Shown here: positions 41,318 to 46,682 of the stretch, one piece after another
Position numbering within the stretch: position 1 is the first letter of the stretch
How the letters are laid out: each line of letters starts with the position of its first letter
NCBI GenBank assembly: GCA_964426715.1
Contig: CAYRRQ010000002.1
Coordinates: 1-46,682, forward strand
Length of the DNA stretch: 46,682 nucleotides
Direction of reading: 5' to 3'
From: an uncultured Methanosarcinales archaeon
GTDB taxonomy: Archaea > Nanobdellota > Nanobdellia > Woesearchaeales > SM23-78
Position numbers and translations under genes: made by a program
Notes under the pieces: model-generated
The model's input: only the letters and a program-made list of their open reading frames with translations
Database searches by the model: none
Told to the model about the DNA's origin: nothing

Positions 41318-41674
41318 ATGAAGAGTAAGAGGGGAAGGCCCCTAGGCAGCAGCATAAGGCAGAACCTGATAGAAATACTCTTTTTCAAGGGCAAGGCCTA
41401 TGGATACGACTTGTACAGGGATTACTGCGCTATCTACCCGCCAGTAACCCTCAGAGTAATTTATTACCACCTAAAAAAAGGAGTGTCCCTCGGAGAGTTC
41501 AAGCTGAAAATAATAAAAACAGAAAAAGGAAACTATTCCTGGGGGGGAGAGGCAGAAAAAAAATATTATGAACTTGGGCCCCAGGCTTATCCCAAGTCAG
41601 ATCCCAGGGCAAGGGCTTATTATGATAAGCAAAAAAACAAGAAGAATACCAGGAATCAGAATAAGAAGAAATGA
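41318..41674 (+). CDS. PadR-like winged-helix transcriptional regulator
   Basis: 'IEILFFKGKAYGYDLYRDYCAIYPPVTLRVIYYHLKKGVSLGEF'. Confidence 0.6.
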   Translation: MKSKRGRPLGSSIRQNLIEILFFKGKAYGYDLYRDYCAIYPPVTLRVIYYHLKKGVSLGEFKLKIIKTEKGNYSWGGEAEKKYYELGPQAYPKSDPRARAYYDKQKNKKNTRNQNKKK

Positions 41675-41690
41675 TGAGGAGAGGTAAGCC

Positions 41691-42707
41691 ATGAGAAAAG
41701 TATTTGTTTGCAGCAAGAATAAGATAATAAGGAATCCTTCTAACAAGCAAATAGCCAGTCATCTTAAGAAGAGCAAGAACACGGTCTGGGTTGATTTGTA
41801 CAAGCCTGAAAAAAAGGATTATGAATTCCTGCAGGACGCCTTTGGCTTCCATCCCTTGTCATTAGAGGACTGCGAGAAAAGCAATGAGCTCCCAAAAATA
41901 GATGTGTACGAGGACTACCTGTTCATAATACTTCACAGCGCCACTTCAGACAAGAAGGACCTGGGATTTGGGATGAGGGAGATAGACTTCTTCCTGGGCA
42001 AGAACTTCCTGGTAACAATTCATAAGCACAAATCCACCAGTGTCGAGCACCTCGCAAAAAAATTAGCAGGAAAAACCAACACCAGAAAAAACGGAAAAAA
42101 CGGAAAACACGCTTCTGCAACACCAGACTTCATGATGTACCAGTTAATTGACTATTTTGTAGACCTCTACTTCCCCCTACTAGATGAGTGGGGTGGCCGC
42201 ATAGAAGTGCTGGAAGAAGCAGTAATAAAAAATAAGTCCTCCCAGAAGCTCCTGAGAGAAATGATGAGGATTAAGCGCGAAGTAACACATCTCAGGAAAA
42301 GCCTTGCCGCCCAGAGAGATGTTATCAGCAGGCTTACCAAAACAGACCTGCCGTTTATAAGCACGAAAACACATGTTTATTTCAGCGACGTATATGACCA
42401 CATCCTGAGGCTTTACACAGAAATAGAGACCCAGAGAGACCTGGTAAACACCACTTTTGAAGCCCACATGTCTGTGCTTTCAAACCAGATGGCTGAGACC
42501 AGCAACAAGATGAATCAGGTCATGCAGAAGCTTACAGTGATAGCCACTATTTTCATGCCCTTAACCTTTATTGCTGGTGTTTATGGCATGAACTTCAGGT
42601 ACATGCCCGAGCTATACTGGAAGTACGGCTACTACATAATCCTGGGCATAATGCTAGTAATAGCAGTGCTCATGTACTTGTTCTTCAGAAAAAGAAAGTG
42701 GATGTGA
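41691..42707 (+). CDS. corA: CorA-family magnesium transporter
   Basis: 'VIATIFMPLTFIAGVYGMNFRYMPEL' (GMN motif) plus two C-terminal TM helices. Confidence 0.9.
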   Translation: MRKVFVCSKNKIIRNPSNKQIASHLKKSKNTVWVDLYKPEKKDYEFLQDAFGFHPLSLEDCEKSNELPKIDVYEDYLFIILHSATSDKKDLGFGMREIDFFLGKNFLVTIHKHKSTSVEHLAKKLAGKTNTRKNGKNGKHASATPDFMMYQLIDYFVDLYFPLLDEWGGRIEVLEEAVIKNKSSQKLLREMMRIKREVTHLRKSLAAQRDVISRLTKTDLPFISTKTHVYFSDVYDHILRLYTEIETQRDLVNTTFEAHMSVLSNQMAETSNKMNQVMQKLTVIATIFMPLTFIAGVYGMNFRYMPELYWKYGYYIILGIMLVIAVLMYLFFRKRKWM

Positions 42708-42744
42708 AGCCTTTATCATCTTTTATTATTTAATACCTTTATTT

Positions 42745-43767
42745 TTAACTTTTCTTCTTCTTGTTTTTCTTTGTCTTAATCTTTTTTGTTTTCTTTTTCC
42801 TTGCATTCTTTGCAGACTTCTTTGCTGTCTTTCTCAGTTTTTTAGGCTTCTTAACATCCTTTTTAAACACAACAGTCCTGTATGGGAAAGGAATTTCAAC
42901 CCCTTCCCTGTCAAACCTCTTCTTTATGCTCTCAGTCAGTTCAAAGCCAGAAATCGTGTTGTCTGGCTGGTTTTGAACCCAGTAGTATCCTCTTAGTTTT
43001 ACACTAAAATCACCGCAGCTTACCACCCTGACCTTGACAGGCTCGTTTCCCTCAAGCAGGTCAGCCTCTGTCCTGTTATCAACGAATTTTGGATGCTTTA
43101 ATATCTCCTCTTTCATGATTTTTTTTGCCAAGTCAATGTCTGAGTCATAGCTGATGTCTATTTCCACAGTTGCCAGGATTTTTTCATCGCCAATAGTGTA
43201 ATTATTGATAACTTCCTGGTTTACCAAGTCATTTGGTATGATAACATACCTGTTGTCCCATGTTTTGAGAACTGTGTGCCTTAAGGTAATGTCCTGTATT
43301 ATGCCGTACTCATCTCTAAATCGAACCCTGTCGCCGACTCTGAAAGGCTGGCTCACAGATATCATGAGCCCGGAGATGATGTTTGCAAATGTTTTTTGTG
43401 TTGCAAATCCTATGATTATAGCCAGCACACCTGCTCCTGCAAGTAATGAGTAAGAAAATGTTTTCAAGGCAGGAATTGTGCTCACAATTAATATTATTCC
43501 TATCAGATAAATAACTCCGACTGTAATCCTTCTCATAAAAACAAACTTGGTTTTTTCAGAAGCAATCTTATCCTTATGATACTTATCCTTTGTTTTTTCA
43601 GCATGTTTTTCAAGTGCATGTTCTGCGCTCTTAAATCCTTTTTTCAGAAGAATATTAACTAAGCTTGCAACTACAATAGTGATTATTCCTATAAATATGG
43701 GCGTAAAAACCGCTCCAAGGGAAGTGCTCATGTCAAAAATACTTCCTGAAGCCAAAGCATTAACCAT
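42745..43767 (-). CDS. MscS-family mechanosensitive channel with K-rich C-terminal tail
   Basis: 'FANIISGLMISVSQPFRVGDRVRF'. The start is either the ATG at 43767 or the GTG at 43812. Confidence 0.85.
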   Translation of the reverse strand: MVNALASGSIFDMSTSLGAVFTPIFIGIITIVVASLVNILLKKGFKSAEHALEKHAEKTKDKYHKDKIASEKTKFVFMRRITVGVIYLIGIILIVSTIPALKTFSYSLLAGAGVLAIIIGFATQKTFANIISGLMISVSQPFRVGDRVRFRDEYGIIQDITLRHTVLKTWDNRYVIIPNDLVNQEVINNYTIGDEKILATVEIDISYDSDIDLAKKIMKEEILKHPKFVDNRTEADLLEGNEPVKVRVVSCGDFSVKLRGYYWVQNQPDNTISGFELTESIKKRFDREGVEIPFPYRTVVFKKDVKKPKKLRKTAKKSAKNARKKKTKKIKTKKNKKKKS

Positions 43768-43836
43768 TATATTATTCAAACCTCGTTTTTCTGTATTTTT
43801 ATAGGAGTTCACAGAGATTTATAAATCTATTTTATT

Positions 43837-43964
43837 TTCTTCAGAAATCCCATATGCGGAGATTTTTGCTTACTCACTGCATTTGCTCTTAAAATCTCGT
43901 AAAAAGCAGGGGTTTCCTCCCTTTGGTCGCCAAGCCCCTATTCAATCTTCTTCAGAAATCCCAT
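43837..43964. repeat. 17-bp direct repeats (TTCTTCAGAAATCCCAT at 43837-43853 and 43948-43964) bracketing a small hairpin element
   Basis: The second copy is the 3' end of the SpoU/TrmJ-like gene. The bracketed segment holds GGAGATTTTTGC...AAAATCTCGTAAAAAGCAGGGG, which is also seen in tRNA-Arg intron 1. Confidence 0.6.
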
Positions 43965-44624
43965 GAGTGCGTATGCTTCTCGCTTGGTCATAAAACTCTT
44001 GCTAATCATCCTTTTCCAGACCTTAAGCTGAGTGTCTTTTTTCTTTTGGCTTGAAAAATCCATTTTCTTCATAGCTGCATTTAACAGCCTCAGAATCTGC
44101 TTTTTTTCTTTTGCACTAAGGGGGGTGTATGGCTTTACCATCTCTTTTGTGTTTTTTTCCTTAAGGATTTCATAGAGAAGCACCCCCGCAGCATGGCTGA
44201 TGTTCAGGGCCTTGTAGTTCCTGCTTGTAGGAATCGTAACTGTGAAATCACACAACTTAAGCTCTTTGTTTCTCAGGCCATCACTTTCCCTGCCCAGGAT
44301 AAGTGCAATTTTTCTTTTTTTAATCTCCTTAAGCTTTTGAGCCAGTTGCTCTGGTGTAAGAGGGCTCCTTGGAATATTATAATCATTGCCCAGCTTGCTG
44401 GTAGTGCCAACCAGGCAGTCAAATTTAGCCAGAATGCTGAAGCCGTTAATCTTTGCCTTGTCAAGGATTTTTTGCGCATTCTTGGCCAAGCGCCTGCTCT
44501 CCTCATTAATCCCGCACCTGGGGTTTACAAGAACAAGGTTTTTTACACCAAAATTAGCCATGACCCTGGCAACACTCCCTATGTTAGCAGGGTTCTCAGG
44601 CTCCACAAGTATTATGCTTAGCAT
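43938..44624 (-). CDS. SpoU/TrmH-family RNA 2'-O-methyltransferase (TrmJ-like)
   Basis: Contains 'IILVEPENPANIGSVARVMANFG', 'LILGRESDGL' and 'ALNISHAAGVLLYE'. Confidence 0.8.
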   Translation of the reverse strand: MLSIILVEPENPANIGSVARVMANFGVKNLVLVNPRCGINEESRRLAKNAQKILDKAKINGFSILAKFDCLVGTTSKLGNDYNIPRSPLTPEQLAQKLKEIKKRKIALILGRESDGLRNKELKLCDFTVTIPTSRNYKALNISHAAGVLLYEILKEKNTKEMVKPYTPLSAKEKKQILRLLNAAMKKMDFSSQKKKDTQLKVWKRMISKSFMTKREAYALMGFLKKIE

Positions 44625-44663
44625 GCTATCAAGAACATTGCAGGTTTTTAAAAAGTTAACTCA

Positions 44664-45824
44664 CTAACCTATGATTGCCTTTAGTATTGGCGTGACAAGA
44701 AGTATGACTATTATTATTATCATTATTATTGTTATCTTACCCCACACTAATTTACCTTTTTTTTCTCCCAGGGTCTTGGAAAGGCTGACACCGAGCATCC
44801 TTCCGCCATCCACAGGGCCTAGGGGAAGCAGGTTTGCAAGCCCAAGCCCCAGGCTTAGCATGAAAATCCAGCTGAATAAACCTGTGAACCATAAGAATAT
44901 CTTGGCAAAGACATTGTCCTCGTTGGTATAACTCGTCTTAATGCTTACCCCGATGACAGGGCTTTCAGGCGCATCTGGCCTTGCAGTGGTTGTAACTGTG
45001 TGATTATTGCGTGCGCTTCTTATGAGCACACTCTGGTTTACTTCAATGCCTTCAAAAGCTGCCACAAAGTCTTCTGTGCTCTTAACAGAATAATTATTGA
45101 CATAAGTGTAAACCACTCCTTGTTCCAGGCCAGCCTCTGCAGCTGGCATGCTAGGCTCTACTTCTGTGAACACTACTCCGCGCGGCTGGATATAAGCATT
45201 TGACAGGGGATTAATCAGTAATATGAAGAGCAGGATTACTATGCCTGCGGTTAAGATGTTACTGAAAGGGCCTGCTGCGAATATGCTATACTGCACCACG
45301 TCCTTTTGTTTTTTAATCTTTTTCTCGTCAGGCTCTACAAAGGCTCCTATCAAGGGGCCGAAGAATACAATGCCCGTGTTCCTTACTGGCAGATCATGCG
45401 CCCTGGCTACTATGCCGTGCGAGAACTCGTGGATGAGCACCACTATAAACAATGATATTATGCCGTACCAGAAAGGCACAAATACAGGGCTGCCAGGTAT
45501 GGCTACTCCAGGGAGTACTGGCGCGATAATAGCAGGAGCCTCAGGCACGAATACTAAGTCGTACAACCCTTTTATTATGAAAAAAAGGATTACTGCCATG
45601 CCTGTGTATCCAATCCCAATGCCTATATATCCCAGGATTTTTATGAACTCAGAATACCTGGTGCCTATCTTTTTAATCAGCTTCAAGCCAATCTTGGTCC
45701 TGTACAAGGCTATGAACTTGGCCTGGAACTGAAACTTCTTCCTCTTGATGATTATTATGAGGATTATTATCAGGTAGAACAGGATTACCCACTTGTATTC
45801 CACTAAAAAACTTAAGAGACTCAT
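44664..45824 (-). CDS. Site-2 protease (M50 metalloprotease) with PDZ domain
   Basis: Contains 'HEFSHGIVA' and 'ANLLPLGPVDGG'. It is polytopic. The ATG is at 45824 (the tracked start is TTG). Confidence 0.85.
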   Translation of the reverse strand: MSLLSFLVEYKWVILFYLIIILIIIIKRKKFQFQAKFIALYRTKIGLKLIKKIGTRYSEFIKILGYIGIGIGYTGMAVILFFIIKGLYDLVFVPEAPAIIAPVLPGVAIPGSPVFVPFWYGIISLFIVVLIHEFSHGIVARAHDLPVRNTGIVFFGPLIGAFVEPDEKKIKKQKDVVQYSIFAAGPFSNILTAGIVILLFILLINPLSNAYIQPRGVVFTEVEPSMPAAEAGLEQGVVYTYVNNYSVKSTEDFVAAFEGIEVNQSVLIRSARNNHTVTTTARPDAPESPVIGVSIKTSYTNEDNVFAKIFLWFTGLFSWIFMLSLGLGLANLLPLGPVDGGRMLGVSLSKTLGEKKGKLVWGKITIIMIIIIVILLVTPILKAIIG

Positions 45825-45892
45825 TACAAACAAGAATATTATGAGAAACCTTTTTAATTCTTTCTATTTCTATTCATATCTGGATAGAAAAA

Positions 45893-46054
45893 TTATTTTT
45901 TCCTCACAGGCCTGAGGTCTTTGCTGTTGCACTTCCTGCACCTTATCTTGCCCGCGAGCACCTTAAGAGTGGGCGCCCTGACCTTGCTCTTGCATCTTAG
46001 GCACACAAACATGTTCTTAAAATGCCTTGCTTCTGCTTCTTTGAACTTGACCAT
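45893..46054 (-). CDS. rpl40e: Ribosomal protein L40e (53 aa; below the ORF-track size cut-off)
   Basis: Manual translation: MVKFKEAEARHFKNMFVCLRCKSKVRAPTLKVLAGKIRCRKCNSKDLRPVRKK. It has the CxxC...CRKC...LRP zinc-ribbon pattern of archaeal L40e. Confidence 0.85.
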   Translation of the reverse strand: MVKFKEAEARHFKNMFVCLRCKSKVRAPTLKVLAGKIRCRKCNSKDLRPVRKK

Positions 46055-46132
46055 CTGAAATCAATCCTTTTTCATGCTTTTAATCATTCTTTATTTGTCC
46101 TCAGAAAACTTTGTTTTCTGGGATGCTCAAAG

Positions 46133-46537
46133 CTACTCTGTAGCTTTAACCTGCTTCATAACCCGGTCTTCCAGTATCTGCCAGTAAACAACCACTACTC
46201 CCTCTGACAAGCCTTGCTTCATGTCACCAGGTATTTTGAGGTCGAAGGTTTCGTAAGTCTCTGAATCCATTACATTAGCAGTGTCTCCGCTTATATGAAG
46301 CACTTGGGCGTTCCTCTTGTCAATAACAGGAACCTCTATCTCGTCATGGCCCGGCATGACTATCTGGCGCTTCCGGTCGTCAACCATTCCTACCGCGTCA
46401 AGCCTTACTTTGGCGTGTCCGTGCTTGCCAGGCCTCGACGTCTGGATATTAGTAACTGTACATGCAGCTCCGTCAATCACTACATAGCTGCCTTTTTTAA
46501 GCGTTCCAACGCTCTTTCTTTTTATTTCTCCTCCCAT
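46133..46537 (-). CDS. eif5a: Translation initiation factor 5A (aIF5A)
   Basis: 'LKKGSYVVIDGAACTVTNIQTSRPGKHGHAKVRL' (hypusine loop). SD GGTGAT lies upstream of the ATG. Confidence 0.95.
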   Translation of the reverse strand: MGGEIKRKSVGTLKKGSYVVIDGAACTVTNIQTSRPGKHGHAKVRLDAVGMVDDRKRQIVMPGHDEIEVPVIDKRNAQVLHISGDTANVMDSETYETFDLKIPGDMKQGLSEGVVVVYWQILEDRVMKQVKATE

Positions 46538-46682
46538 ATTATCACCGTGAAAATATTGATAAAACCTTATTCTGAAGGGATAAGATATTATTTAAAAAAC
46601 TTGCGGAAATCGATAAAGTCAAGTTAACTGTGTTCGGCGTCTACATGACAGCCCGCAGATTTTACAAAAATCTGGTAAAAGT

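Noticed and set aside
1-46682. CRISPR arrays, rRNA genes, prophage structural genes
   Set aside because: There are no regularly spaced direct repeats, no rRNA-like conserved stretches, and no capsid, terminase or portal-like ORFs anywhere in the window.

Overview
Archaeal chromosomal window, about 46.7 kb. All product calls come from motif recognition by eye; no database search or folding program was run. Coordinates of repeats and stems were counted by hand and may be off by 1-2 nt.

The lineage is possibly a small-genome DPANN-type archaeon, but that is inference only.

Core information-processing genes:
- family-B DNA polymerase, archaeal DnaG, Top6B/Top6A, ABCE1, RIO kinase
- aIF5A, ribosomal protein L40e, a Dim2-like KH protein
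- tRNA-modification enzymes (Dus, TrmI, SpoU/TrmJ-like, PP-loop thiolase)
- tRNA-Cys, plus a candidate tRNA-Arg(UCU) interrupted by two introns

Accessory material interleaved with these:
1. A 7.5-kb cell-surface locus. It holds a giant N-glycosylation-sequon-rich repeat protein, a stand-alone paralog of that protein's C-terminal module, a tandem sigma70-r4/LuxR-like HTH protein, and three membrane or lipid-anchored proteins.
2. Three nucleotidyltransferase-based toxin-antitoxin-like pairs. One has a frameshifted HEPN gene, one sits inside a livHMGF transporter operon, and one is an AbiE-like pair between ABCE1 and polB.
3. A bacterial-looking block (DUF1461-like protein, liv transporter, cfa).
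4. One intact IS with 16-bp terminal inverted repeats.
5. The least expected signal: several families of structured intergenic repeats.
   - A family of at least six elements whose terminal arms and an internal hairpin differ between copies but stay complementary.
   - A 125-bp perfectly identical inverted-repeat pair 19.6 kb apart.
   - Repeated leader modules in the tRNA-Arg locus.
   - A roughly 280-nt region upstream of dnaG with nested and mutually exclusive helices.
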